Shown here: positions 55,401 through 64,000 of the stretch, piece by piece | Numbering within the stretch: position 1 is the stretch's first letter | Layout: each line of letters starts with the position of its first letter | NCBI GenBank assembly: GCA_019638515.1 | Contig: JAHBTS010000002.1 | Coordinates: forward strand, 239,558 to 303,557 | Direction of reading: 5' to 3' | Origin: Chitinophagales bacterium | GTDB taxonomy: Bacteria > Bacteroidota > Bacteroidia > Chitinophagales > LD1 | Length of the DNA: 64,000 nt | Notes under the pieces: generated by a model | What the model was told of the DNA's origin: nothing | The model's database searches: none | Seen by the model: the letters and a program-made list of their open reading frames with translations, nothing else | Program-made: the position numbers and the translations under genes

Positions 55401-58268
55401 GGTGTTTTTTCCATTGAGTGTGTTTGTTGCTCCAATTGTAGCAACTCCTGTTCCTACTAAATCTACATTTACATTTCCTGCAAAATTATTTCCTTTTGCT
55501 AAGTTCAAAGAAGCATTGCCTGTAAAAGTAAAATCTTGATCGGTTGCGCTACTTTGTGTAATGTTTTGAATAAGTACTGTTCCCGCACTCACGCCACTTG
55601 GCCCCACTAAAAATTTCTTACCACTGGCAAGCGTAGCTGCAGCTCCCGTACCTTCACAGAATGCTATACTACCCAATGCCTGCGTATTGTTCAACACAAT
55701 ATCGCCACCAAATGTATTGGCTCCGGCATACGCAACGCGTAGATTTCCGGCTCCGGTTTTGCGTAACAACACATCTCCGGAGTAGGTGCTTGCAGAAATT
55801 AAACCAAGCAGCAATTCTTGGCCGGAAGCATTGCTTAATTCTAATGTGCCATTGTAAGTGTTACCATAGTTGGTTCTTAAAAAACCTCCGGCAGTAGCAG
55901 CAAGAGAAACTGAAGCATAACTTTGGAAGATATTGCCGCCATTGCCCGTATTAGCGCCTGCACCTGTTTTAGTTATCCATGTAGAATCGCCAAAAGTAGC
56001 ACCATTTAAGAGTACTTGTGGTGCACTCACATGGCATTGTCCATTAAAGTTAGTTGTACTTCCAAGATTTATGATTCCGGTACCCGCTAAACTTATATTT
56101 ACATTATTGGCAAAGGTGTTTCCCGCAAGCAGGTTCAAAGAAGCATTACCCGAAAAAGTGAAGTCTTGCAAAGTAGTCCCACTTTGGCTCATCCGTTGGA
56201 TTTGCACTAAACCGCCACTCACGCCACCTGCGCCAACTATAATTCTTTTATTGCTTGCTAATGTAATGGCAGAACTTGTTCCATCACCAAAATAAATACC
56301 GCCCGATGCGTGTGTACTGTTTAGCTCTATATGTTCGTTGAACACATTTGCTCCGTTTCTTGCAATACTTATGCTGCCTGCACCTGATTTAGTAATAAAC
56401 ACTTTGCTATTGTAGGTACTACCAGAACTATAATCTAACTCAAGTGGTTGAGTAGAAGCATTACTCAACACTACATCACCATGATAAGTGTTTCCATTAT
56501 TTATTCTTAGTTGCCCTGCCGCTGCACCCACAGATATAGCAACAAAACTATTAAAGGTATTTCCACCTGTGCTTACACTAGAACCTGCTCCCGTTTTTGA
56601 AATCCATGTAGAATCGGCAAAGGTAGCACCGTTTAGTAAAACACGAGGAGCAACAACCGTTACTTTTCCATTCAACACATCGCCATTAGAAATAGTAACA
56701 GTACCTGTGCCGATTGAAGAAAAATTGGCATTGCCATTAAACACAACCGAAGCGCCTAAAGTTAAGCTACCACCCGTTAATGCCAATGTTTGTGGTGTAG
56801 CTCCTGCTTGAGTAAATCTTTGTAAGGTAAGCGTGCCGCCTGTAAAACCACTGCCACCCACTTCTATTACTCTGCCTGCTGCCAATGTAGCATTAGCCGC
56901 AGCAGATTCGCAAAATATTATACTATTCGAAGCATGCGTATTGTTCACAATAATATCTCCATTAAAGTTTGAAGTTCCATTGAAAGCCATGCGTATAGAA
57001 CCTGCAGCATGCTTATATAAGACAGTAGTACCATTATAGCTGCTTCCTAAAGTTAAATCGGGCAATACATCGGCAGTTGAATAATTTTCAATTTTTAGAG
57101 TGCCATTGAATGTGTTGTTGCCGCTTGTTCTAAAATATCCGTTTGATGTGGCTGCATTTATGAGCGATACATATCCATTAAATGTATTTCCACCCGAACC
57201 AAGATCGCCTCCGGTTCCTTTCTTCACAATAAATGAAGAATCGTTACAAGTTACGCCATTTAAAAACACACGCGGTGCTTTAAAATCGGTTATTCCGTTA
57301 AATGTAGTTGATGGTCCTAATCTTAGCGAAGCAGTCCCTGTAAGTTCAATACTTTGATTTTCTGTACCTGCTTGTGTAACTCTTTGCACCCATAAGTTAC
57401 CTGAATTGAAACCTCCGCTACCAACAAAAATATGTTTTCCGGCAGCAAGCGTAGCGCCATAAGCAGCACCTTCCGAAAGAAAAATATCGCCATTTCCACT
57501 TTCGCTGCTTACATAAACATCGCCATGATAAGTAATGCTGGCTCTATAACCAAGTCTAATATCGCCCGCATTACTGCCTGCAATGGTTAAATACAAATCG
57601 TTGTTGTATTGGTTAGCAGTTGTATTCTCTAAAATAAAATAATCTTGCCCCGCATTATACAGTGAGGTAACACCATTAAAAGTCATGTTACCGTTAATTG
57701 CCATTCTTCCTGTATTAGTGATGCGCAAACTAAGTGGCGCATTAAAAACAGCATTACCTGCCATAGTTTGGTCGGTAGTTCCATTTTTAATAATGGTAGT
57801 GCTATCGTTAAAAGTGCCCCCGCTAATGGTAACATTAGAAGTAGAAGAATATACCTTACAGTTAAAAGTAGTATTGGTAAAAACAGTAGCACCGCCTTGT
57901 GCAGATACACGGCCGTTTGCTACCGTACCTGAAGTAAAAGTAGCATTGCCGTTAACTACCAAAGTTCCTCCACCCAAATCTATTGAGCCTGAAGTGATGG
58001 TGAAATTATTGAGTACCGTACCATCGTAAAGCGGAGCATTTGCCGCAGCTACAATAGTTACATTATCGCCTGCAATGGGCACACCTGCAGGAGTCCAGTT
58101 AGAAGCCGAAGCCCAACTGCTGCTACCTGCGGCAGCATTCCATGTGTAAGAAGTTTGACCTTTTGAACACAGCCCGGATATTACTAAAGCTGAAAAGATT
58201 AATAGCCGTTTTAGAATATTCCATTCTTTAACTGACTTAGCGGAGAGGAGTTTTTGTGCTAACATCAT
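52401..58268 (-). CDS. giant repetitive secreted protein (beta-helix-like ~210-aa modules) with T9SS type A C-terminal domain
   Basis: ORF to 58337; likely start MMLAQKLL.. followed by LLIFSALVISGLCSKGQ. Modules are punctuated by AP[RQ][VL].L.G..F.DS. C-terminus ..ASGTYITEVSINNETKYIKWVSAR is a Por-secretion tail. Confidence 0.88.
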   Translation of the reverse strand: MMLAQKLLSAKSVKEWNILKRLLIFSALVISGLCSKGQTSYTWNAAAGSSSWASASNWTPAGVPIAGDNVTIVAAANAPLYDGTVLNNFTITSGSIDLGGGTLVVNGNATFTSGTVANGRVSAQGGATVFTNTTFNCKVYSSTSNVTISGGTFNDSTTIIKNGTTDQTMAGNAVFNAPLSLRITNTGRMAINGNMTFNGVTSLYNAGQDYFILENTTANQYNNDLYLTIAGSNAGDIRLGYRASITYHGDVYVSSESGNGDIFLSEGAAYGATLAAGKHIFVGSGGFNSGNLWVQRVTQAGTENQSIELTGTASLRLGPSTTFNGITDFKAPRVFLNGVTCNDSSFIVKKGTGGDLGSGGNTFNGYVSLINAATSNGYFRTSGNNTFNGTLKIENYSTADVLPDLTLGSSYNGTTVLYKHAAGSIRMAFNGTSNFNGDIIVNNTHASNSIIFCESAAANATLAAGRVIEVGGSGFTGGTLTLQRFTQAGATPQTLALTGGSLTLGASVVFNGNANFSSIGTGTVTISNGDVLNGKVTVVAPRVLLNGATFADSTWISKTGAGSSVSTGGNTFNSFVAISVGAAAGQLRINNGNTYHGDVVLSNASTQPLELDYSSGSTYNSKVFITKSGAGSISIARNGANVFNEHIELNSTHASGGIYFGDGTSSAITLASNKRIIVGAGGVSGGLVQIQRMSQSGTTLQDFTFSGNASLNLLAGNTFANNVNISLAGTGIINLGSTTNFNGQCHVSAPQVLLNGATFGDSTWITKTGAGANTGNGGNIFQSYASVSLAATAGGFLRTNYGNTYNGTLELSNASGQELLLGLISASTYSGDVLLRKTGAGNLRVAYAGANTFGGDIVLNNTQALGSIAFCEGTGAAATLASGKKFLVGPSGVSAGTVLIQNITQSSATDQDFTFTGNASLNLAKGNNFAGNVNVDLVGTGVATIGATNTLNGKNTITAPQLFLSGTTFGDSTWITKTGIANNTSNGSNTFNGFVSISLAPTAGGYLRTNYGNTFAGNVVVSNSSGYEILLDYLSGSTYNGNVVLNKTGAGNVRVAYSGTNVFNENIELNCTHATGGIYLGEATAAAITLASGKTIAAGSVGITAGVVSIRNFTQLGNTPQVLNLSGTASLYFNSGNTFNGDVTSTLSGLGTFTVAAGNIFNAKTNFTAPQLLLHGATFADSSIIEKNGSGSNSSAGGNVFSGFALLKNSSNGTFIMGATNADTFAQKTVLLNTGAGYLFMANNHIGKTTFFGDTLIAVNSSVVAAGNPGIRFCEGNSTACEFNGVVIASNEGTGASNLIRFQNGLGQSVFNRRVYFNNNCSGSASIIDVSYRGNAVFNDNAYCSATGGTGVSFGRGNGTSAFSSTCRILLGAGGYSASNFLLNKVQQLGARGPVTISLGGATILTVSNSSFGEEIDFIAPQVNFVRDTFNNVVRITKNGTGNNAWTGGNVFNDSAIITNESSSYLYLAATIQDEYNGNAKFVRTGGGLLDPTYNTAVTFKNTLETAGTGVITFGTFGANGYVVMAGDSLQTIVGAPALTPAIRRLTIDKNPAYPVVLHTPVDIAVNGLLTLTNGKILSDSLNVLTLLNNATSNIGNKNAYVDGHLNYEMAAATTRLLTFPIGRDTVYRPVELTVRHNAATSYTYAALLKNESARALNRTLSDSINLVSDMRIWKIERMVTATKVKSNANLQGNQVITLYYDSSDYVEDAANLRIVKNTSAQPNKWISIGGVGSANGAGFITSTSNPSAFNSFSDFSLGNKNGGGNPLPVTLLHIKATAASKQINLEWATGAEINNKGFEVQRSTDGENFEAIGWVDGNGYTTETISYTFEDKKVTANVVYYYRLKQIDFDAQFEITKVVSAMVKEGNTKTIEWASIATVGSAQAKLMLNAAAEGVLSVRTFNLSGALIYDMQQPVYVGLNQIEMQFEQALASGTYITEVSINNETKYIKWVSAR
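53990..57900 (-). repeat. tandem coding repeats, period ~630 nt (~210 aa), about six copies
   Basis: Anchor motifs APRVFLNG (~57270), APRVLLNG (~56650), APQVLLNG (~56020), APQLFLSG (~55390), APQLLLHG (~54760) and APQVNFVR (~54005). Intervening sequence is conserved (..TKTGAG....GGN.F..........G..RTNYGNT..G..). Confidence 0.8.
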
Positions 58269-58516
58269 TTTGTAATTTTTATTCTTCGTTTTAGAACGAA
58301 TAGTTTGTATTACGGAACGAACAGTATAATGTTTCACCTAAACAGCATAAATTCAATAGTTATTAGTAAAATCAATAAACAAGAACAATTGTTTTAGACT
58401 AAATGTTCTTATTTTGAAATCAATTGTATTCTCATCGCCAATTGATTTATAGCGCCCCTCAGCCATAGCCACCGGAAATTCAATTTGCACAACTATATTT
58501 CAGAGTAATTTTTTTT

Positions 58517-59434
58517 GTGCAGGTTTGCCTAATGCTGCTTACACCCGATTTTCTACAAAAAGGCGATGCCATATACATTCTCAGCACCGCCCGTTCTATT
58601 TCCGAAGAAGAAATACAGCCCGCTGTTCAACTCTTCGAAAGCTGGGGATTTAATACCATTATTGGAAAAACTATTGGTGTGGCCGAACATCAATTTGCCG
58701 GAGATGCAGCACTTCGACTAAAAGATTTTCAAACAGCAATTGCACACCCGCAAGCAAAAGCCATTTTTTGTGCCCGCGGAGGCTATGGCACGGTACAGAT
58801 AATGGATAAAATTGATTTTTCACCCTTGCTAAAGCAACCTAAATGGATTATAGGTTTTAGCGATGTAACTTACCTGCATGCTCTCATCAACCAGTGCTTA
58901 GGCATAAAAACCATACATGCACTTATGGCATCTACCTTGGCAACTGCCACCGAAGAAGCCAAACACTCGCTGCACCAAGTACTTTCAGGTATAAAAACAG
59001 CCTACACTTTTCCACCGCATCCACTTAACAGGCAGGGCATTGCCGAAGCCATAGTTACCGGAGGAAACTTATCTATTTTGTATTCACTTACCGGCACACA
59101 AACCGTTATGGACAATCACAAAAAAATACTGTTTATTGAAGATTTAGACGAGTATCTATATCATATAGACCGCATGCTTTGGAACTTAAAACGCGCCAAT
59201 AAAATACAGCAACTCAGCGCCTTACTGTGCGGAGGTTTTACTGAAATGAAAGACAATACCATACCGTTTGGTCAAGCAGCCGAAGAAATTATTGCAGCCC
59301 ACTTGCAGCCATTTTCATTTCCAATTGCGTTTAATTTTCCTGCAGGGCATATTGCTAATAACTGCGCCCTTGTTTTGGGCAATAATTACCGCCTGAAAGT
59401 AGAAACACAACAATCGGTATTGGAAATGTGCTAA
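58517..59434 (+). CDS. LD-carboxypeptidase (S66 family)
   Basis: 305 aa; ..ARGGYGT.., nucleophile elbow IIGFSDVTYLH, ..FIEDLDEYLYHIDRML..; GTG start, with an alternative ATG at 58532. Confidence 0.85.
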   Translation: MQVCLMLLTPDFLQKGDAIYILSTARSISEEEIQPAVQLFESWGFNTIIGKTIGVAEHQFAGDAALRLKDFQTAIAHPQAKAIFCARGGYGTVQIMDKIDFSPLLKQPKWIIGFSDVTYLHALINQCLGIKTIHALMASTLATATEEAKHSLHQVLSGIKTAYTFPPHPLNRQGIAEAIVTGGNLSILYSLTGTQTVMDNHKKILFIEDLDEYLYHIDRMLWNLKRANKIQQLSALLCGGFTEMKDNTIPFGQAAEEIIAAHLQPFSFPIAFNFPAGHIANNCALVLGNNYRLKVETQQSVLEMC

Positions 59435-59476
59435 AAGCCGTTACCGTATCAACCGAACTTTTAATTCATTTGCAAC

Positions 59477-61030
59477 ATGAGCGAAAAAAAATTAGCCACC
59501 GATTCCGGCATTGAAATAAAACGTGTGTATGAACCGCAAACGCTTTTACCGGAGCAACCGGGCGAATTTCCATTTACCAGAGGCGTACACAGCGAAATGT
59601 ATCGCAGCAAGCTATGGACCATGCGCCAATATGCAGGATTCTCCACTGCCGAAGCCAGCAACGAGCGCTACCACTATTTATTGAAACAAGGTGTAATGGG
59701 GTTAAGCGTGGCTTTCGACCTACCAACCCAAATTGGCTACGATAGCGACCATCCGCTTGCCGAAGGCGAAGTAGGCAAAGTGGGCGTTGCCATTTCCAGC
59801 ATAGAAGATATGCGCACACTTTTCAACGGCATAAAGCTCGAAGATGTTTCAACATCTATGACCATTAACGCCTCCGGCTTTATATTGCTGGCACTCTACA
59901 TTGCCGTGGCAAAAGAACAAGGTGCAGATATAAAAAAGCTAAATGGCACCATACAAAATGATATCCTGAAAGAATATGCAGCACGCGGCACATACATTTA
60001 TCCTCCCAAACCCAGCATGCGCATTATTACCGATATTTTTGAATACTGCCACCGCGAAGTACCTAAATGGAATACCATTTCTATTAGCGGCTACCATATT
60101 CGCGAGGCAGGCTCCACCGCAGTACAAGAAATTGCCTTTACATTAAGCAACGGAAAAGCATATTGCCAAGCTGCCATAGAAAAAGGACTAAACATCAATA
60201 AATTTGGGCAGCGCCTCAGTTTTTTCTTTAATGCACACAACAATTTTTTTGAAGAAATTGCAAAATTCCGTGCAGCCCGCAGAATGTGGGCAAAGATTAC
60301 GGCAGAACTTGGCGCCACCGAGCCGCGGGCGCAAATGCTGCGCTTTCACACACAAACAGGCGGCAGCACCCTCACCGCACAACAGCCTCAAAACAATATT
60401 GTACGCGTATCACTACAAGCCCTGGCTGCTGTACTCGGAGGCACACAATCGCTCCACACCAACGGCTACGATGAAGCCCTGAGTTTACCAACTGCCGAAG
60501 CCGCCAAATTAGCATTGCGCACCCAACAAATTATTGGTTACGAAAGTGGCGTAACCCACACCGTAGATCCATTGGCAGGCTCCCATTTTGTAGAAGCACT
60601 TACCAACGAAATTGAAGCCGAAGCCTGGAAATATATTGCCCACATTGATAAGATGGGAGGAGCCGTAAGCGCCATAGAACAAGGATTTATGCAGCAAGAA
60701 ATTGCACGCGCTTCTTATGAATATCAAAAAGGAATAGAAAATGGAAGCAAAATTATTGTAGGCGTAAACAAGTTTCAAGAAGCAGAGCAAGCACACGAAA
60801 ACGTGTTTAAAATAGACGATTCCATAAGAATAAAACAAAGCGAAAAGTTAGCTGCGCTAAGAGCCAACCGCCAACCGGAATTGTTTAAGCAAAGTATAGA
60901 AGCCATAGCCCAAGCCGCCAAAGACGGTTCCAACCTAATGCCACACGTAGTGCAAGCCGTAGAAAACAACTGCACACTAGGCGAAATTGCCGATACACTC
61001 CGCAATATTTTTGGAGAACATAAAGGCTAA
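59477..61030 (+). CDS. methylmalonyl-CoA mutase-family catalytic (substrate-binding) chain, without B12-binding domain
   Basis: 517 aa; [74 protein letters not shown]. It ends before the linker and Rossmann B12 domain found in ~720-aa MutB. Confidence 0.9.
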   Translation: MSEKKLATDSGIEIKRVYEPQTLLPEQPGEFPFTRGVHSEMYRSKLWTMRQYAGFSTAEASNERYHYLLKQGVMGLSVAFDLPTQIGYDSDHPLAEGEVGKVGVAISSIEDMRTLFNGIKLEDVSTSMTINASGFILLALYIAVAKEQGADIKKLNGTIQNDILKEYAARGTYIYPPKPSMRIITDIFEYCHREVPKWNTISISGYHIREAGSTAVQEIAFTLSNGKAYCQAAIEKGLNINKFGQRLSFFFNAHNNFFEEIAKFRAARRMWAKITAELGATEPRAQMLRFHTQTGGSTLTAQQPQNNIVRVSLQALAAVLGGTQSLHTNGYDEALSLPTAEAAKLALRTQQIIGYESGVTHTVDPLAGSHFVEALTNEIEAEAWKYIAHIDKMGGAVSAIEQGFMQQEIARASYEYQKGIENGSKIIVGVNKFQEAEQAHENVFKIDDSIRIKQSEKLAALRANRQPELFKQSIEAIAQAAKDGSNLMPHVVQAVENNCTLGEIADTLRNIFGEHKG

Positions 61031-61124
61031 TACCACCTTACTAAAGCACATGGTGTTGAAACTTTTTTGAGCATATTTTTTTATTCCTCAAAACAAAAAC
61101 ACTCTATTTGCACCGCTACGGTTT

Positions 61125-61310
61125 CAAACTTGGTTTAACCAATATGAATTAAAAGGGAACTCCGTGTAAATCGGAGGCAGTTCCCGCTGCTGTAAGCCGG
61201 ATTTTTTCTTACCAAAAGAAAAAATAAGAATAAACTTCAATCCACTGTTGCGCCAAACGCAATGGGAAGGAAATCTGAACCGGTAAGCCAGAAGACCTGC
61301 CAAGGCAACA
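61125..61310 (+). promoter_or_regulatory. cobalamin (B12) riboswitch aptamer
   Basis: AAAAGGGAACTCCGTGTAAATCGGAGGCAGTTCCCGCTGCTGTAAGCCGG (61151-61200) matches the conserved core. B12 box AGCCAGAAGACCTGCC at 61286-61301. Putative P1 pairs CTTGG (61129-61133) with CCAAG (61300-61304). A near-consensus -7 box TCTATTTG lies at 61103-61110. Downstream genes are B12-uptake types. Confidence 0.9.
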
Positions 61311-61432
61311 ACATTCAAAACTTTCGGGAAGAAAAGTGAAGAATAATACCATTTGTTCCGGGCATTTGTGTATTCCGAATCCTTCTCTACACGAACGTGC
61401 ATTTTTTCATCATTAAAAAACATGTGTACAAC

Positions 61433-62413
61433 ATGAACAAACTTTACATGCTGTTAGGTGCTTTAGGCATCACTGCGTTTTCAGCAAACGCACAAGTAGT
61501 TTATACTTTCGAAAATTTACAAGTGCCTGTAGATTCATTTGTTGCTGCAAAAGATTTAAACGGAGGCTTGGGCGACACACTCGTGTACTTTCACTCCACT
61601 TGGGATACTGCCTTTGGCGGCTATTGGTCGAGCGGTTTTGTACCTTCTACCAAGCAAGACAAAGTAACCACAGGCATTGCCAACCAATACAGCGCCATTA
61701 CCGGCAGCGGGCACAATAGCAATACTTATGCTGTTGTATTTGGCTCTGGCAACGTAAAATTAAGCGGCAATGCAGCAGGAAAAACCGTAAAAGGTTTCAA
61801 CATTACCAATACAACCTATGCCTATTTTAGCATGAAAAACGGTGATGCATTTGCAAAAAAATTTGGTGGCACCAACGGCAGCGATCCAGATTACTTTTAT
61901 GTAACCGTAAAAGGCTACTTAAATGGTGCTGTTAAAACCGATACCGTAAACTTTTATCTTGCCGATTACCGATTTGCAGACAGCACGCAAGATTACATTT
62001 TAGATGAGTGGGCATGGGTAAACCTATCGGCATTGGGCAATGTAGATAGCCTAACTTTTCAACTTGCATCTTCAGATGTTGGCTCCTTTGGCATGAATAC
62101 TCCTGCCTACTTTGCCATAGATAATTTTACCTTCTACGATGGTGTTACAGCCATTAGCGAAACTGCTTCTATCCATGCAAAAGCATTTCCTAATCCCGTT
62201 ATTGCAGGACAAAACTTCCATATTGTTTTAGAAGAAGAAGCCAATTTTAGCGTAACCATTGCTTCTATTGCCGGAACAATACTAAAAGAAGAAAACTATA
62301 CCGCAGTAAGCCAAGCAGCTATTACAACCACAGACTTGCCTAATGGAATTTACTTTGCAGCTGTGCGGGTAAACAATACTTTACAAACTATTAAATTTAG
62401 CGTACAACACTAA
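61433..62413 (+). CDS. DUF4465-like surface protein with T9SS type A C-terminal domain (candidate B12-binding accessory protein)
   Basis: ORF from 61397 (GTG); ATG 61433 gives the signal MNKLYMLLGALGITAFSANAQ. ..FGGYWSSGF..SN......ANQYSAITG...YAVV......F....Y....NG..FAKKFGG..G.DPD.F.....G......NFYLADYRF...DYILDEW is a DUF4465-like pattern (from memory). Por-type tail ..LPNGIYFAAVRVNNTLQTIKFSVQH. Confidence 0.75.
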   Translation: MNKLYMLLGALGITAFSANAQVVYTFENLQVPVDSFVAAKDLNGGLGDTLVYFHSTWDTAFGGYWSSGFVPSTKQDKVTTGIANQYSAITGSGHNSNTYAVVFGSGNVKLSGNAAGKTVKGFNITNTTYAYFSMKNGDAFAKKFGGTNGSDPDYFYVTVKGYLNGAVKTDTVNFYLADYRFADSTQDYILDEWAWVNLSALGNVDSLTFQLASSDVGSFGMNTPAYFAIDNFTFYDGVTAISETASIHAKAFPNPVIAGQNFHIVLEEEANFSVTIASIAGTILKEENYTAVSQAAITTTDLPNGIYFAAVRVNNTLQTIKFSVQH

Positions 62414-64000
62414 TGTGGCGCCTTCAACAAACGGCACAATTCTGTTGCTCAGCATTATTTGCTGTGGTGGGATTGTGCTGTTTGGCTGAAGAAAACAAAC
62501 CACTATTCAACGATACAGTTGAACTCAAGGAAGTAGTTATTACCGATAGTAAAACTATTGGCACCAACGGCAAGCGTCAGTTTCAACATTTAGAAAACTA
62601 TGCAGCGCGTAAACTCCCCAACCTGCTCAACGAAATTTCGGGTATTTACCTAAAAAACTACGGCAACGGGCAGCTCACCAGTATTGCCGTTCGCGGCACC
62701 ACTACTTCGCAAACCGAAGTACTGTGGAATGGAGTTAAGATAAATTCACCCATGCTTGGGCAAAGCGATTTTGCATTGCTAAATGTTGGCTTTCATAACA
62801 GCATTGCCATACAGTTTAATCAGCTAAACTCTGCCATTGGCAGCAACATTGCCCTCAACAACAGCATACCGGAAGCAAATACACACTTTGAAGGAACCAT
62901 AAGAGCAGGCAGCTACGGTTTACTAGAAAGCAATATGAACATAAGCTACGGCAACACTGCCATAAGAGGAGCCACCAAAGTAGCGGTGCTAAAATGTAAC
63001 AATAATTTCCCTGTTTTAAAAAACGAAGTTGCCACCAAGCAAGCCAATGCCGATGTGCTGCAATGGGCGCTTTTCCAACAGTTGAATTATTTCATAAACA
63101 ACAAAAATGAAATTGAATTATTCGCATGGTACAATACTGCCAATCGCGAAATTCCACCAACATTATTGCAAGAAAGCAGCAAAGCCCGTCAGCGCGATCA
63201 ATCGCTGCGCACCATGCTACGCTGGAAGTTTAAAAAGAATAGCTGGCGCCTTGCACTTAGTTCTGCATACTTATACGAAACACTGCACTACACCAACTAC
63301 TTACTTCTTGCCAACGATAAAAGCACAAGTCATGCTTGGCGAAACAATGCCAACTTTCAATACAACATCAAAAGTTTTCATGTAGAAGCTACTGCATTTG
63401 CCGATGTAGAAATTGCCCGGAGTGCAGGATATGGCGCCCGCTACAACAGAGTACTTTCCGGCTTTTCTGCCAAAGCAAGCTATTACCAAAAACATGGATT
63501 TACCTTTACAGCCGGGTTGCGACAAGAATTTATGAATACAAAAGCATCGCCCTTTATGCCATTCATTTCAGGCGCTTTTACCAAGCAGTTGCATAAACAC
63601 TTTATTGGTATTGAACTTACTGCAAAAAGAAGTTTCCGATTTCCAACCTTCAACGATTTGTATTGGCAAGGCAGCGGCAACGCACAATTACAAGCCGAAA
63701 AAAGCTGGAATGCCGAAATTGCAGCTACCTACAAATGGGATAAAACAATTACGCTTACAGCCTCCAATTATTACGCATGGATAAGCAATCAAATTCAATG
63801 GACACCGGATGTTTCGGGCAATTGGCGACCACAAAATCTTAAAAATGTTTTTGCACGCGGGTTAGAAACCGCCCTACTTTTTTCACTTCCCAAAACAACC
63901 CTTAAGCACTTAACCGCCAATACCAATCTTAGTTACAGCTACACGCTTTCCACTCAAACTTCTTCTACACTTGCCAACGATAATGCACTTGGCAAGCAAG
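62413..64000 (+). CDS. TonB-dependent receptor (BtuB-like), N-terminal part (gene runs off the right edge)
   Basis: Own translation; ATG overlaps the upstream stop (TAATG). Plug-domain motifs LLNEISGIYLKNYGNGQLTSIAVRGTTTSQTEVLWNGVKINSPMLGQSDF. Barrel strands with ..FRFPTFNDLYW.. and ..ARGLETAL.. continue to nt 64000. Confidence 0.88.
   Translation, partial: MWRLQQTAQFCCSALFAVVGLCCLAEENKPLFNDTVELKEVVITDSKTIGTNGKRQFQHLENYAARKLPNLLNEISGIYLKNYGNGQLTSIAVRGTTTSQTEVLWNGVKINSPMLGQSDFALLNVGFHNSIAIQFNQLNSAIGSNIALNNSIPEANTHFEGTIRAGSYGLLESNMNISYGNTAIRGATKVAVLKCNNNFPVLKNEVATKQANADVLQWALFQQLNYFINNKNEIELFAWYNTANREIPPTLLQESSKARQRDQSLRTMLRWKFKKNSWRLALSSAYLYETLHYTNYLLLANDKSTSHAWRNNANFQYNIKSFHVEATAFADVEIARSAGYGARYNRVLSGFSAKASYYQKHGFTFTAGLRQEFMNTKASPFMPFISGAFTKQLHKHFIGIELTAKRSFRFPTFNDLYWQGSGNAQLQAEKSWNAEIAATYKWDKTITLTASNYYAWISNQIQWTPDVSGNWRPQNLKNVFARGLETALLFSLPKTTLKHLTANTNLSYSYTLSTQTSSTLANDNALGKQ

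Noticed and set aside
53990-57900. Regular ~630-nt repeats (and ~240-nt repeats at 23790-24790) considered as a possible CRISPR or satellite array
   Set aside because: The periods are far too long, the copies are diverged, and all lie in a single long open reading frame. They are protein-domain repeats.
61124-61423. 99-aa minus-strand ORF between the mutase gene and the DUF4465-like gene
   Set aside because: It lies exactly over the cobalamin riboswitch and its expression platform, and the riboswitch explains the sequence conservation pattern. The protein has no recognisable features.
63107-63680. Several 65-92-aa ORFs on both strands near the right edge
   Set aside because: All lie inside the TonB-dependent receptor reading frame, which is open from 62413 to the window end with plug and barrel motifs.

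Overview
This is a 64-kb chromosomal segment from a Bacteroidota-type genome. Evidence for that: four secreted proteins carry T9SS type A or type B C-terminal sorting domains, TAnnTTTG-like -7 boxes are present, and hand spot counts give roughly 40-45% GC. All function calls come from reading the supplied translations and my own translation of the window edges; nothing was searched or computed. I support about 58 CDS, mostly housekeeping: guaA, trpS, gatC, deoC, an infA-rpmJ-rpsM-rpsK fragment, radA, cysC-cysD-cysN, rlpA, rbfA, korA, glyA, scpA, purB, and a methylmalonyl-CoA mutase catalytic chain. There are three very large repeat-rich surface proteins: a LamG/HYR protein truncated at the left edge, a 1351-aa Gly-rich/Ig-like/PKD protein with a type B CTD, and a 1978-aa protein built from about 210-aa modules. 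A clear cobalamin riboswitch (about 61125-61310) precedes a DUF4465-like T9SS protein and a TonB-dependent receptor that is truncated at the right edge. rpmJ and both edge-truncated genes are absent from the ORF track and were found by hand. No tRNA, rRNA, CRISPR array, transposase or integrase was seen. The best candidate for an undescribed system is a translationally coupled three-gene cassette at 29804-31006. It encodes an unknown 174-aa protein, an 82-aa acidic protein and a SecB-like chaperone, and sits in a small islet with long non-coding flanks downstream of the truncated ribosomal-protein cluster. Its gene order mirrors toxin-antitoxin-chaperone (TAC) modules, but the first gene matches no toxin family I recognise.
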